Source: Acidobacteriota bacterium (GTDB lineage: Bacteria; Acidobacteriota; Vicinamibacteria; Vicinamibacterales; UBA823). From it: DNA of 64,000 nt. A model generated the notes under the pieces. The model saw only the letters and a program-made list of their open reading frames with translations, did no database searches and was not told the DNA's origin. Positions 47,323-59,166 of this stretch are shown here, piece after piece. Location: positions 138,580 to 202,579 of the forward strand of contig PCAK01000032.1 of NCBI GenBank assembly GCA_002730525.1. The letters run 5' to 3'. The position numbers and the translations under genes are program-made. Position 1 is the stretch's first letter. The number at the start of each line of letters is the position of its first letter.

Positions 47323-48698
47323 CGGAGGCCCGCGCACTACGCTTCGAATCGGCGCTCCTACCGGACGGCTGGCGGCAATCGGTCCGCGTGGAAATCGCGC
47401 CCTCGGGCGACATCGTGTCGGTGACGCCGGATGCCGGAGGCGACGCCAAGGGAGACGAGGCCGTGGGTGGTCCGGCCGTGCCGGGAATGCCCAACGTGCA
47501 CTCCCACGCCTTCCAGCGCGCGATGGCCGGCTTGGCCGAGGCGGGCGCGGCCGGCGCCGACTTCTGGGCCTGGCGCGAGGTGATGTACCGGTTCGCGAAC
47601 CGGATGGGGCCCGAGGCCCTCGAGGCCGTGGCCGCACAGCTCTTCGTCGAGATGCTGAAGGCCGGCTACACCGCCGTCGGCGAGTTCCACTACGTGCACC
47701 ATCAACCTGCCGGCTCGCCGTACGACGAGCCGGCACGGTTGTCCATGAGCGTGCTGGCGACGGCATCGCGCGTGGGCATCGGTCTGACCCACCTACCGGT
47801 GCTCTACGCCCGGGCCGGGTTCGGCCAGACGGACGCCCGAACGGAGCAGCGGCGGTTCGTCAACACGGTGGACGGCTGGCGCACCATCGTCACTGCGTGC
47901 AGCCTGGTGACTCGCGAGATGCCGAACGCGCGCGTCGGCGTGGCGCTACACAGTCTGCGAGCCGTGCCGCGCGACATGTTGCACCAGGCGCTCGAAGGCC
48001 TCGACGAAGCGATGCCCCGACACGTGCATGCGGCTGAGCAGGTCGGCGAGGTGGAGGAGTGTCTGGCAGCGACCGGCGCGCGGCCCGTCGCCTGGCTGCT
48101 CGACGAGGTCGGTGTCGACGGTCGCTGGTGCCTCGTGCACGCGACCCATGTCGATGAGGCGGAGGTCGTCGCGTTGGCCCGCTCGGGCGCCGTCGTCGGG
48201 CTCTGTCCGACGACCGAGGCGAACCTCGGCGACGGCGTGTTCCCGCTCGACGCGTTCGTGGCCGCAGGCGGGCGGTTCGGCATCGGGTCCGACAGCAATG
48301 TGTCGGTCACGCCGTCGGCCGAACTCTGCTGCCTCGAGTATGGTCAGCGCCTGACGACGCGGCAGCGCGTCCGCGCGGGCGGCGGGGAGGCCGCGAAGCG
48401 GCACGCCGGGGCCGAACTCTGGAAAGCCGGACTCGCCGGTGGCGCCCAAGCGTTGGGTCGCCCCATCGGCGCGATCGCGCCCGGCTGCCGGGCAGATCTG
48501 GTCGTCCTCGATGGAGCGCATCCGAGTTTGACGGGGCGAGTCGGCGATGAATTGATCGACAGCTGGCTCTTCGCGTCCCACGAGAGCCCGGTCAGACACG
48601 TCATGGTCGGCGGTGAATGGGTCGTACGCGATGGGCACCATCGCTTCGAAGCCGAGATTCTCGAGTCCTACCGGGAGACCCTGGCGGGCTTGCGATGA
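47319..48698 (+). CDS. hutF: formimidoylglutamate deiminase
   Basis: LLPDGW..., PGMPNVHSHAFQRAMAGLAE, and an amidohydrolase fold, 459 aa. Confidence 0.85.
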   Translation: MSEARALRFESALLPDGWRQSVRVEIAPSGDIVSVTPDAGGDAKGDEAVGGPAVPGMPNVHSHAFQRAMAGLAEAGAAGADFWAWREVMYRFANRMGPEALEAVAAQLFVEMLKAGYTAVGEFHYVHHQPAGSPYDEPARLSMSVLATASRVGIGLTHLPVLYARAGFGQTDARTEQRRFVNTVDGWRTIVTACSLVTREMPNARVGVALHSLRAVPRDMLHQALEGLDEAMPRHVHAAEQVGEVEECLAATGARPVAWLLDEVGVDGRWCLVHATHVDEAEVVALARSGAVVGLCPTTEANLGDGVFPLDAFVAAGGRFGIGSDSNVSVTPSAELCCLEYGQRLTTRQRVRAGGGEAAKRHAGAELWKAGLAGGAQALGRPIGAIAPGCRADLVVLDGAHPSLTGRVGDELIDSWLFASHESPVRHVMVGGEWVVRDGHHRFEAEILESYRETLAGLR

Positions 48699-49483
48699 AG
48701 GCGCGCGCGAAAGGGCAGGGGCCACTGATGACGAGCCGAAGACGCCCGCCGGCGCCGTTGTACGAGGTGGTGAAGCGATACGTCCTCGACCGGATCGATT
48801 CGGGCCGATTGCAGACCGGCGAGCGCATCCCCTCGGAGCACGAGCTGACGCGGCGCCTGAAGGTCTCGCGGATGACGGTCAATCGTGCGATCCGGGAGCT
48901 GTCGTCCGAGGGCCGGGTCGTGCGGGTCGCCGGTGTCGGTTCGTTCGTGGCGACGCCGGCCCATGCGCATCCGCTGGAACTGAGAAACGTGGCAGACGAC
49001 ATCCGCGCACGCGGCGGGCGTCACGCCTCGCGGGTCGTCGAGCTCGGCCGGGTCCGGCTCGACCCGGAAACCGCGCGAATGTTCGATCTGCCGCCGGGTC
49101 GGCCGATGTTTCATTCGGTCATCGTGCATGCCGAGAATGACCTGCCGGTCCAGCTCGAGGAGCGCTACGTCGACCCGCATGCCGCGCCCGACTACCTGGC
49201 GCTCGATTTCACCGAGATCACCGCGAGCGAGTACCTGGCGCGCGTCGCACCGATCCAGGAGGTCGAGCACGTCGTGCAGGCGGTGATGCCGACGGCGCGG
49301 GTCCGACGTCTGCTGAAGATGCCGGCCGGGGAGCCCTGTCTCACGCTGCTGCGGTGGGTCTGGGCCGGTGGGGCGCTTGCGTCGACGGCCCGGCTGCAGC
49401 ATCCGGGTTCTCGGTATCGGCTGGGCGGTCGATTCGAGCCGCCGGCAGCGTCTCGGCCCAGGCTTCGCGCCGTGGGTCGCTAG
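48695..49483 (+). CDS. hutC: histidine utilization repressor (GntR/HutC family)
   Basis: [53 protein letters not shown] wHTH plus a UTRA effector domain. ATGA overlap with the hutF stop. Confidence 0.85.
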   Translation: MKARAKGQGPLMTSRRRPPAPLYEVVKRYVLDRIDSGRLQTGERIPSEHELTRRLKVSRMTVNRAIRELSSEGRVVRVAGVGSFVATPAHAHPLELRNVADDIRARGGRHASRVVELGRVRLDPETARMFDLPPGRPMFHSVIVHAENDLPVQLEERYVDPHAAPDYLALDFTEITASEYLARVAPIQEVEHVVQAVMPTARVRRLLKMPAGEPCLTLLRWVWAGGALASTARLQHPGSRYRLGGRFEPPAASRPRLRAVGR

Positions 49484-49493
49484 GAGGAGAGGA

Positions 49494-51193
49494 ATGGCCG
49501 TCGAACCGACTGACACAGCGCGCCCGCCGATCCGGGCGCCGCGTGGCGTGGAGCGCACCGCGCGGTCGTGGCAAACCGAGGCGCCGCTGCGGATGCTCAT
49601 GAACAATCTCGACCCGGAGGTGGCGGAGCGGCCGGAGGATCTCGTCGTCTACGGTGGGATCGGCCGCGCGGCGAGGAACTGGGCCTGCTACGAGCGGATC
49701 GTCGAGGCGTTGAGGGCTCTGGCCTCGGACGAGACGCTGCTCGTCCAGTCGGGCAAACCGGTCGGGGTGTTCCGGACGCAGGCCGACGCTCCTCGCGTCC
49801 TGATCGCGAACTCGAATCTCGTCCCCCACTGGGCGACGTGGGAGCAGTTCCACGAACTCGACCGGCGCGGACTGATGATGTTCGGGCAGATGACGGCCGG
49901 ATCCTGGATCTACATCGGGAGTCAGGGGATCGTCCAGGGCACCTACGAAACGTTCGGCGAGATGGGCCGGCAGCACTTCGATGGCGACCTGGCTGGACGG
50001 TGGATCCTCACGGCCGGGCTCGGCGGGATGGGCGGCGCGCAGCCGTTGGCGGCGACGATGGCCGGGGCGTCGATGCTCGCGGTCGAGTGTCGGCCCGATC
50101 GAATCGAGCGTCGGTTGGTAACCGGCTACCTCGACAAACGCGCCGCTGATCTCGACGACGCGCTGGCGATCGTGCAGGCCGCGGTCGCGCGGCGCGAGGT
50201 GGTGTCGGTGGGCCTCGTGGGCAATGCTGCCGAGGTGCTGCCCGAACTGGTCGCGCGCGGCGTCCGACCGGACGCGGTGACCGACCAGACGTCGGCGCAC
50301 GATCCCGTCAACGGCTACCTGCCAGTCGGCTGGACGCTCGAGCAGTGGGCGGAACGTCGCGACGCGGATCCCGAGGCGGTGAAGCAGGCTGCGCTGACAT
50401 CGATGGTGCAGCATGTCGAGGCGATGATCGCCTTCCATCGGATGGGCGTGCCCACGTTCGACTACGGCAACAACATCAGGCAGATGGCGCTCGAAGGGGG
50501 ATGCGCCGACGCGTTCGCCTTCCCGGGCTTCGTTCCCGCCTACATCCGTCCGCTCTTCTGTCGTGGCGTCGGGCCCTTCCGGTGGGCGGCGCTTTCGGGG
50601 AATCCGGAGGACATCTACAAGACCGACCAGCGCGTGAAGGAATTGATCCCGGACGACCCGCACCTGCACAACTGGCTGGACATGGCGCGCGAACGGATCG
50701 CGTTTCAGGGTCTTCCGGCGAGGATCTGCTGGGTGGGGCTGGGGCAGCGAGATCGGCTGGGGCTGGCATTCAACGAGATGGTCGCGCGCGGCGAACTCGA
50801 TGCGCCGGTCGTCATCGGACGGGACCACCTGGACAGCGGGTCGGTCGCCAGTCCCAACCGGGAGACCGAAGCGATGCGCGACGGCTCGGACGCGGTGTCG
50901 GACTGGCCGCTCCTCAACGCCCTGCTGAACACGGCGAGTGGGGCGACGTGGGTCTCGTTCCATCACGGTGGCGGCGTGGGCATCGGGTATTCCCAGCACG
51001 CGGGACTCGTCGTGGTCTGTGACGGTACGCCGGAGGCGGCGCGCCGGATCGAGCGCGTGCTGTGGAATGACCCGGCCAGCGGCGTGATGCGGCATGCCGA
51101 TGCCGGCTATCCCGAGGCGATTGCCTGCGCGCGCGAACACGGCCTGACCCTCCCGATGCTGGGGAGCGACGGCCCGGCGGGTGGTGAGGGAGA

Positions 51194-51197
<4 letters not shown>
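49494..51197 (+). CDS. hutU: urocanate hydratase
   Basis: RAPRG...[30 protein letters not shown], and a canonical length of about 567 aa. The ATG at 49494 is preceded by GGAGGAGAGG. Confidence 0.95.
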
Positions 51198-52762
<1,565 letters not shown>

Positions 52763-52773
52763 CAGCCAGCCGC

Positions 52774-53217
52774 TCAGGACGGCGCGGCCGTCTGTTTCCT
52801 CAGGCAGTCGAAGAACCGGTCCATCATCATCTTCGACGCCGAGCTCAGGAGTCGCTGACCCACCCGGGCGATTGTCCCGCCCACTTCGGCCCGCCCCGCG
52901 ACGTCGAGCCGCGTGCCACCGCCGTCCTCATGAAGTTCCAGCGTCGCCTCGCCGTTGACGAATCCGGCGCGCCCCTTGCCCGTGACGACGAGCCGGTAGG
53001 CATGGGGAGGCCGCTGGTCGGCCAGCGTGACCGTGCCCTCGTAGCGCCCGGTGACAGCGGCGATGCCGACCGTCAGGACCGCCCGGTAGGAGTCGTCGCC
53101 GACCGGCTCGAGCGCCTCGCAGCCAGGGAGGCAGCTGGCGACGACCGCAGGGTCGACGAGCAGCGGCCAGAGCGCGGTGGGCGGGACGTCGAAGCGATAC
53201 GACGCGGTCAATTCCAT
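52774..53217 (-). CDS. coxG: SRPBCC-fold CoxG family protein
   Basis: MELTASYRFDVPPTALWPLLVDPAVVASCLPGCE... is typical of CoxG, 147 aa. Last gene of the cox cluster. Confidence 0.8.
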   Translation of the reverse strand: MELTASYRFDVPPTALWPLLVDPAVVASCLPGCEALEPVGDDSYRAVLTVGIAAVTGRYEGTVTLADQRPPHAYRLVVTGKGRAGFVNGEATLELHEDGGGTRLDVAGRAEVGGTIARVGQRLLSSASKMMMDRFFDCLRKQTAAPS

Positions 53218-54422
53218 GATGTTGCCGCCACCGTAGCAGCAGGCGCGTGGCCTCCGCGCGAGAAGGGCGCCACTCCGTGCGACACGGCGCGGGCGGACAG
53301 GGCGTTGAGGTGGGACGCGAGCGCGTCGAGGCTGGCCAAGTTGTGGGCCGGCAGGAAGTCGTCGACGAAGGGCAGGGCCGCCCGCATGCCGCGCGTCGCC
53401 GGTGTGTAGCTCGGTGAGCCCAGGAGCGGATTCAGCCAGATCAGGCGGTGACACGATCGCTGGAGCCGGGCCATGCCTTCGCGCAGGAGATCGGGATCGC
53501 CGCGGTCCCAGCCGTCCGAGATCAACAAGACGACGGCGCTGCGCACACCGAGGCGCCGCGCCCAGGTCCGGTGGAATGTGCGGATGGCTTCGCCCGTGCG
53601 TGTGTCGCCGGCCAGATCCGGGACGTGCCGCGCAAGGTGGGTGAGGATCCGGCCCGCCCCTCGTCGCGCGAGTAGCGCCGTGAGCCGCGAGAGCCGGGTG
53701 GCGAAGACGAAGGCCTCGACGCGCTCGCGTCCGACGCTGACGCCATAGATGAACTGGAGCAGCATCCGGGTGTAGCCCTCCATCGATCCACTGACGTCGC
53801 ACAGCAGGAGCAGGGGCCGGGTCCGTGTCCGGCGCCGTCGTGTCGGCAGCACCATCGGTTCGCCCCCGTGCCGCGTGCTGGCCCGAAGCGCCTGCCTGAG
53901 GTCGAGCACGGCACCGGCGCCGCTGCGCCACCGGTGGGTCCGCCGGGAGGGCGGCGCCCACTCCAGGCGCGAGAGCATCCGCTCCGCCTCGAGGATCTCG
54001 TCCGCCGTGAATTCGCTGAAGTCCTTCGTGCGAAGCGCCTCCTGGCTGCTGGCACTGGCCGGCGCCGTACGCTGGATCTGCACGACGGGGGCTTGCGCGG
54101 TCGTCGCGTCGTGATCGCCCACTGGCCCAAGCATCTCCGGCGCGCCGAACTTGCGCCGTTCGCCGAGCGCCCGCAGGTCGAGCTGGGTGCGGTCGCCTCG
54201 CACCGGACGCCAGAAAACGCGAAACGCCTCGTCGAAGACGGCCAGGTCCCGTCGACGATGCACCAGGAGGCTGCGGAGCGTGTAGTAGACGTCGGCTCTC
54301 GCGCCGAGATCGACGTTCTGCAGGGCCCGGCCGACGTCGACCATGCGGCCGGCGGGGACGTCGAGCCCGAGGCCATGGAGGAGGCGCGCGAAGTGCAGCA
54401 GGTTCCGGAACAGCGCGCTCAC
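53208..54422 (-). CDS. coxE: VWA-domain protein CoxE
   Basis: N-terminal LLHFARLLHGLGLDV pattern and a C-terminal vWA with MIDAS (LLLCDVSGSM). Confidence 0.8.
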   Translation of the reverse strand: MSALFRNLLHFARLLHGLGLDVPAGRMVDVGRALQNVDLGARADVYYTLRSLLVHRRRDLAVFDEAFRVFWRPVRGDRTQLDLRALGERRKFGAPEMLGPVGDHDATTAQAPVVQIQRTAPASASSQEALRTKDFSEFTADEILEAERMLSRLEWAPPSRRTHRWRSGAGAVLDLRQALRASTRHGGEPMVLPTRRRRTRTRPLLLLCDVSGSMEGYTRMLLQFIYGVSVGRERVEAFVFATRLSRLTALLARRGAGRILTHLARHVPDLAGDTRTGEAIRTFHRTWARRLGVRSAVVLLISDGWDRGDPDLLREGMARLQRSCHRLIWLNPLLGSPSYTPATRGMRAALPFVDDFLPAHNLASLDALASHLNALSARAVSHGVAPFSRGGHAPAATVAATSWN

Positions 54423-55333
54423 GAACGACTCCGCGCCGCCGCGCGATTCAGCAGCGTCTGCACCCGCTCACCGCGGATGGCATCGAGGTCCTCCTGGTTC
54501 TTGAGGATGATACCGAGCGTCTCGTCGACCGTGGCAGCATCCAGTTCGTCCCTGTCCAGCGCCACCAGCGCCGCAATCCAGTCGAGCGTCTCGGAGACCC
54601 CCGAGACCTTGTACAGCTCGGCTGTTCGCAGTTCTTGTACGAAGGCCGTAACCTGTGTGGCCAGGTGCGTCGGGGCGTCGGGGACTCTGGCGGTGACGAT
54701 GCCGAGCTCCTTCTCGAAGGAGGGATAGTCGATCCAGCAGTACAGGCACCGGCGCTTCAACGCGTCGTGCAATTCGCGGGTTCGATTCGAGGTGATGATG
54801 ACGATCGGCGGGGTCGAGGCGCGCACGGTGCCGAGTTCCGGAATGGAGATCTGGAAATCCGACAGCAACTCGAGCAGGTAGCCCTCGAACTCCTCATCCG
54901 CACGGTCCAGTTCGTCGATGAGCAGCACGGGGGGCGAGCCCGACCCGTCGTCCAGGGCGCGTAGTAGCGGGCGCTTGATCAAGAACTCGTCGCTGAAGAG
55001 TTCGCGAGCTGCGGCTTTCCGGTCGACGGTGCCGCCGGCTTCCATCAGACGGATCTCGAGCAACTGGCGCGCGTAGTTCCATTCGTAGACGGCGTGGGTG
55101 ACGTCGAGCCCCTCGTAGCACTGGAGCCGGATCAACTCGGTGCCGAGCGCCGAGGCGAGCGCCTTGGCGACCTCGGTCTTGCCGACGCCGGCCTCGCCCT
55201 CGAGCAGGAGCGGCCGTCCGAGCCGCAGGGCGAGGAAGATCGAGGTGGCGAGGCCCCGGTCGGCCACATAGTGCTGGGCCGACAGCATCGTGTGAACGGC
55301 GTCGATCGAATCCGCGCGCATCGGGTCGGTCAT
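54419..55333 (-). CDS. coxD: MoxR-type AAA+ ATPase CoxD
   Basis: Walker A GEAGVGKT, Walker B LLIDELDR, about 304 aa. 4-nt overlap with coxE. Confidence 0.85.
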   Translation of the reverse strand: MTDPMRADSIDAVHTMLSAQHYVADRGLATSIFLALRLGRPLLLEGEAGVGKTEVAKALASALGTELIRLQCYEGLDVTHAVYEWNYARQLLEIRLMEAGGTVDRKAAARELFSDEFLIKRPLLRALDDGSGSPPVLLIDELDRADEEFEGYLLELLSDFQISIPELGTVRASTPPIVIITSNRTRELHDALKRRCLYCWIDYPSFEKELGIVTARVPDAPTHLATQVTAFVQELRTAELYKVSGVSETLDWIAALVALDRDELDAATVDETLGIILKNQEDLDAIRGERVQTLLNRAAARSRS

Positions 55334-55374
55334 CGGCGGCCCGTCACGTTAACCGGTGGGACTCCCGCACGAGT

Positions 55375-56241
55375 CTACTTGCGAGCGCGGGCGGCAGCGG
55401 CGGATAGGGAGCGGGCGACGTACACGGGTGCCATGGCCCGGCGATATTCGACCGACGCGAAGAGATCGCCCAGGATCTCGTCGCCGAGGTCTTCGCCGAC
55501 GCGTTGGGCAGCCTTGGCGAAGCTCGCGTCGGTGAGCGCCTCTCCGCTGACCGCCTGCTCGACGTTCGAGGCCCGAACGGGCGCCGGCACGAGGCCGCCC
55601 ACGGCCACGGCGGCCGAACGGCAGGCGTCGCCGTCAGCCGCGATCACGGCCGCGACGCCGATGACCGCGTAGCGCGAGGCCGGATGCGGAAACTTGGCGT
55701 AGGCACTGCCGTGTTGCTGTCCCGCTGCGATCTCGACGTGCGTGACGATCTCGTCCTCCCCGAGTGCGGTCGTCATCATGCCAAGGAAGAACTCGCTCGC
55801 TGGCACGGTGCGATCCCCACTGGCGCCGACGATCCCGATCGAGGCATCGAGTGCGCACAAGACGGCCGGCAGATCGGAGGCGGGATCCGCGTGGGCAATG
55901 TTGCCGCCCACCGTTCCTCGGTTTCGCACGGCCGGGTCGCCGATTTGCCCGGCGGCGTCAGCGAGTGCCGCTGCATGCGTCGCCACGTCGCTCGAGGCCG
56001 CCACCTCCGCGTGCGGCGTCAGGGCACCGATGCGCAGCCGGCCGTTCGCGACCGTGACGCCGCTCAGGTCCACGATCCGTCCGATGTCGATGAGCGCGGG
56101 CGGGACGGCGAGGCGCAGCTTCAAGAGCGGGATCAGGCTGTGCCCGCCGGCCAGGAATTTTGCGCCCGGATGTTCGTTCATCAGCCGGCCCGCGTCCTGC
56201 ACCGAGGACGCCCGATAGTAAGCGAAGTCTGCTGGATACAT
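55375..56241 (-). CDS. coxM: molybdenum hydroxylase FAD-binding medium subunit (CoxM-like)
   Basis: FAD-binding PCMH fold (KFLAGGHSL, GTVGGNIAHADP), 288 aa. Confidence 0.85.
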   Translation of the reverse strand: MYPADFAYYRASSVQDAGRLMNEHPGAKFLAGGHSLIPLLKLRLAVPPALIDIGRIVDLSGVTVANGRLRIGALTPHAEVAASSDVATHAAALADAAGQIGDPAVRNRGTVGGNIAHADPASDLPAVLCALDASIGIVGASGDRTVPASEFFLGMMTTALGEDEIVTHVEIAAGQQHGSAYAKFPHPASRYAVIGVAAVIAADGDACRSAAVAVGGLVPAPVRASNVEQAVSGEALTDASFAKAAQRVGEDLGDEILGDLFASVEYRRAMAPVYVARSLSAAAARARK

Positions 56242-56244
56242 GAC

Positions 56245-58599
56245 TCAGTGTCCCTTCGTGGCCTGCTGGATCGCGCGCCAGACACGCTCGGGCGTGAACG
56301 GCATGTCGATGGTCTCGACGCCGAGCGGTCCGAGCGCGTCCATCACGGCGTTGTAGACGGCGACCGTCGAGGCGATCGTGCCGGCTTCGCCGATGCCCTT
56401 CACGCCGAGCGGATGGTGCGGCGACGGCGTGACGGTCGACAGCACCTCGATTTCTGGTAGGCGACCGGCGCGCGGCAAGGCGTAGTCGAGCATCGAGCCC
56501 GTGACCAACTGGCCGGAGTCGTCATAGACCGCCTGTTCCCAGAGCGCCTGCCCGATGCCCTGGACGACGCCGCCGTGTACCTGACCCTCGACGATGACCG
56601 GGTTGATCTGCGGTCCACAGTCGTCGATGGCCACGTAGCGCTTCAGGTCCACCTGTCCCGTGGCCTTGTCGACTTCGACGACCGCCAGATGCGCACCGAA
56701 GGGGAAGGTGAAGTTCGGCGGGTCGTAGAACGTCGAGGCCTCGAGGCCCGCCTCGACGTTGGCAGGCATGTTCCATGCGACGTTCGCCATGAGCGCTACC
56801 TCGGCCAGCGACTTGGCCTTGTCGGGGGAGCCCTTGACGGAGTACTTGCCGTCGGCGAACTCCATGTCCTCGACGGCGGCTTCGAGCAGGTGGGCCGCGA
56901 TCACCTTGGCCTTGTCCCGCACCTTCCGCGCCGCCTTGGCCAGCGCGGCGCCGCCGACTGCCGTGGTCCGGCTGCCGTAGGTGCCCCAACCCATTGGCGT
57001 TGTGTCGGTATCGCCGTGGATGACCTTCACGTCGTCGGCGCCGACCCCGATCTCGTCGGCGACGATCTGCGCGAATGTCGTCTCCTCGCCCTGGCCGTGT
57101 GGGGAGGTCCCGATGAAGACGTGGACCTTGCCGGTCGGATGCACGCGCACAATCGCGCTCTCCCAGAGACCGCCCTGGAAGCCGATGGCGCCGGCGACCT
57201 GGGACGGCCCCAGACCGCACATCTCGACGTAGGTCGACAGACCGAGGCCGATGTACCGTCCGGATTTCCGTGCCGTTGCCTGCTCGGCGCGAAGCCTGGC
57301 GTAGTCCGCGTGCGAGAGCAGCTTGTCGAGCGCCGTCGGATAGTCGCCGCTGTCGTAAGTAAGTCCAGTGACCGTATCGTGGCCGTCGTCGAACGCGGGG
57401 ATCAGATTCTTCTTCCGGACGTCGGCCGGGTCCATGCCGATCTCGCCCGCTAGCCGATCGACCATCCGTTCCACCATGAACGTTGCCTCGGGGCGGCCCG
57501 CACCGCGGTAGGCCTCGACCGGTGTCGTGTTGGTGTAGACGCCGTAGACGTCCTCCTTGATCGCGGGGATGCCGTAGCACGCGGGCAGCATCAGGCCGTG
57601 GAGGATCGTGGGGATGCCGGGCGCCGCGGTCGAGAGGTAGGCGCCCATCCCGGCCCAGACGGTGCACCGGAGGCCGGTGATCGTCCCGTCTTTCTTAGCG
57701 GCGAGTTCGATCTCCTGGACGTGGTCGCGGCCGTGGGTCGTGGCCTGGTAGTTCTCGCTCCGGGTCTCGTTCCACTTGACCGGCCGTCCGAGCTGCTTCG
57801 CGCAGAAGACCGTGATGAACTCCCCCGGATAGGCGGGAATCTTGCTGCCGAATCCACCGCCCACTTCCGGGGCGATGATCCGCGCGCGATCCTCCGGGAC
57901 GCCGGTGACGACCGAATTCAGGAAGCGGAGGATATGAGGGTTCTGGGTCGTGTTCCAGAGCGTCAGGTCGCCCGACGCCTGGTCGTACTCGGCCAGGGCG
58001 GCCCGGGGCTCCATCGCATTCGGGATCAACCGCTGCTGGATGATGCGCTCCTTGACGACGACCTCGGCGTCCTTGAAGGCCGCGTCGACGTCGCCGCCCG
58101 ATACCGCCCAGTGGAACGCCTGGTTCTTGTCGACATCGGCATGCACTTGCGGCGCGCCATCTCCGGCGGCTTCGGCTGGATTCGTGACCGCCGGCAAGGC
58201 GGTGTACTCGACGTCGATGAGGTCGAGCGCATCGTAAGCCTGATAGGGATCCTCGGCAACGACGACGGCGACGATGTCGCCGACGTAGCGAACCGTGTCC
58301 GTGGCGATGCAGGGATAGGTGGCGACCTTGAGGTCCGCGTCCGGCACGAGCCAGGCGCAGGGCATCGGCTGCAAGCCGTCGCTCGTGTCCTTGCCGGTGT
58401 AGACGGCGAGGACGCCGGGAGAGGCCTGCGCCCGGCTGATGTCGATCGTCCCGACGGTTGCGTGTGCGTGGGGGCTTCGCAGCATGGCAGCGTGCACCAT
58501 CCCGGGCAGCGTGAGGTCGTCCGTGTAAGTGGCCGAGCCGGTGATCAGCCTCGGGTCTTCACGACGCCGGATGCCTGAGCCGAACAGTCTGGTAGCCAT
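56245..58599 (-). CDS. coxL: molybdopterin-binding large subunit of xanthine-dehydrogenase-family enzyme, form-II CoxL-like
   Basis: 784 aa. The active-site loop reads VEAYRGAGRPEATF, which is the AYRGAGR form-II signature rather than the form-I AYxCSFR. Confidence 0.85.
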   Translation of the reverse strand: MATRLFGSGIRRREDPRLITGSATYTDDLTLPGMVHAAMLRSPHAHATVGTIDISRAQASPGVLAVYTGKDTSDGLQPMPCAWLVPDADLKVATYPCIATDTVRYVGDIVAVVVAEDPYQAYDALDLIDVEYTALPAVTNPAEAAGDGAPQVHADVDKNQAFHWAVSGGDVDAAFKDAEVVVKERIIQQRLIPNAMEPRAALAEYDQASGDLTLWNTTQNPHILRFLNSVVTGVPEDRARIIAPEVGGGFGSKIPAYPGEFITVFCAKQLGRPVKWNETRSENYQATTHGRDHVQEIELAAKKDGTITGLRCTVWAGMGAYLSTAAPGIPTILHGLMLPACYGIPAIKEDVYGVYTNTTPVEAYRGAGRPEATFMVERMVDRLAGEIGMDPADVRKKNLIPAFDDGHDTVTGLTYDSGDYPTALDKLLSHADYARLRAEQATARKSGRYIGLGLSTYVEMCGLGPSQVAGAIGFQGGLWESAIVRVHPTGKVHVFIGTSPHGQGEETTFAQIVADEIGVGADDVKVIHGDTDTTPMGWGTYGSRTTAVGGAALAKAARKVRDKAKVIAAHLLEAAVEDMEFADGKYSVKGSPDKAKSLAEVALMANVAWNMPANVEAGLEASTFYDPPNFTFPFGAHLAVVEVDKATGQVDLKRYVAIDDCGPQINPVIVEGQVHGGVVQGIGQALWEQAVYDDSGQLVTGSMLDYALPRAGRLPEIEVLSTVTPSPHHPLGVKGIGEAGTIASTVAVYNAVMDALGPLGVETIDMPFTPERVWRAIQQATKGH

Positions 58600-59073
58600 C
58601 TATTTCTCCGCCAGTGCGTCGGCCGCGTGGCGCACGGCCCGGACGATGTTCTGGTAGCCGGTGCAGCGGCACAGGTTGCCTTCGAGGCCATGCCTGATGT
58701 CGGCGTCACTCGGGTCGGGGTTGTGACGCAGCAACTCGTGCGAGGCCAGGATCATGCCGGGCGTGCAGAACCCGCACTGCAGGCCGTGCTTGTCCCAGAA
58801 CGCCTCCTGTAACGGATGCAGCGTGCCCTGCTCGGCCAGGCCCTCGATGGTCGTGACCGCCGCACCGTCGGCCTGAACCGCCAGACAGCTGCACGATTTG
58901 ACGGCGACGCCGTCGAGCAGGACGGTGCAGGAGCCGCACTGGCTCGTGTCGCACCCGACCTTCGTGCCGGTGAGACCGCCCAGATCCCGAATGAAGTGGA
59001 CGAGCAGTTGGCGTGGCTCGACGTCGCGTTGATACGACCGACCGTTGACCGTGATGTTGACTGGAACCTTCAC
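58600..59073 (-). CDS. coxS: [2Fe-2S] small subunit (CoxS-like)
   Basis: [11 protein letters not shown] and CGFCTPGM...CRCTGY clusters. The GTG at 59073 is preceded by GGGAGGG; the ORF-track start at 59160 is less likely. Confidence 0.85.
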   Translation of the reverse strand: MKVPVNITVNGRSYQRDVEPRQLLVHFIRDLGGLTGTKVGCDTSQCGSCTVLLDGVAVKSCSCLAVQADGAAVTTIEGLAEQGTLHPLQEAFWDKHGLQCGFCTPGMILASHELLRHNPDPSDADIRHGLEGNLCRCTGYQNIVRAVRHAADALAEK

Positions 59074-59166
59074 CGTGCCCTCCCTGAGCGGTAGTCCGTG
59101 GCGCTGGACGCTTCCCCTGGCGGACAGCCCGCGTGGGGATTGGGGCGCAAGGCGCCCCATCTGGAT

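Noticed and set aside
56245-58599. Calling the cluster a bona fide aerobic carbon-monoxide dehydrogenase.
   Set aside because: The active-site loop is AYRGAGR (form II), not the Cu-binding Cys-containing AYxCSFR of characterised CO dehydrogenases.
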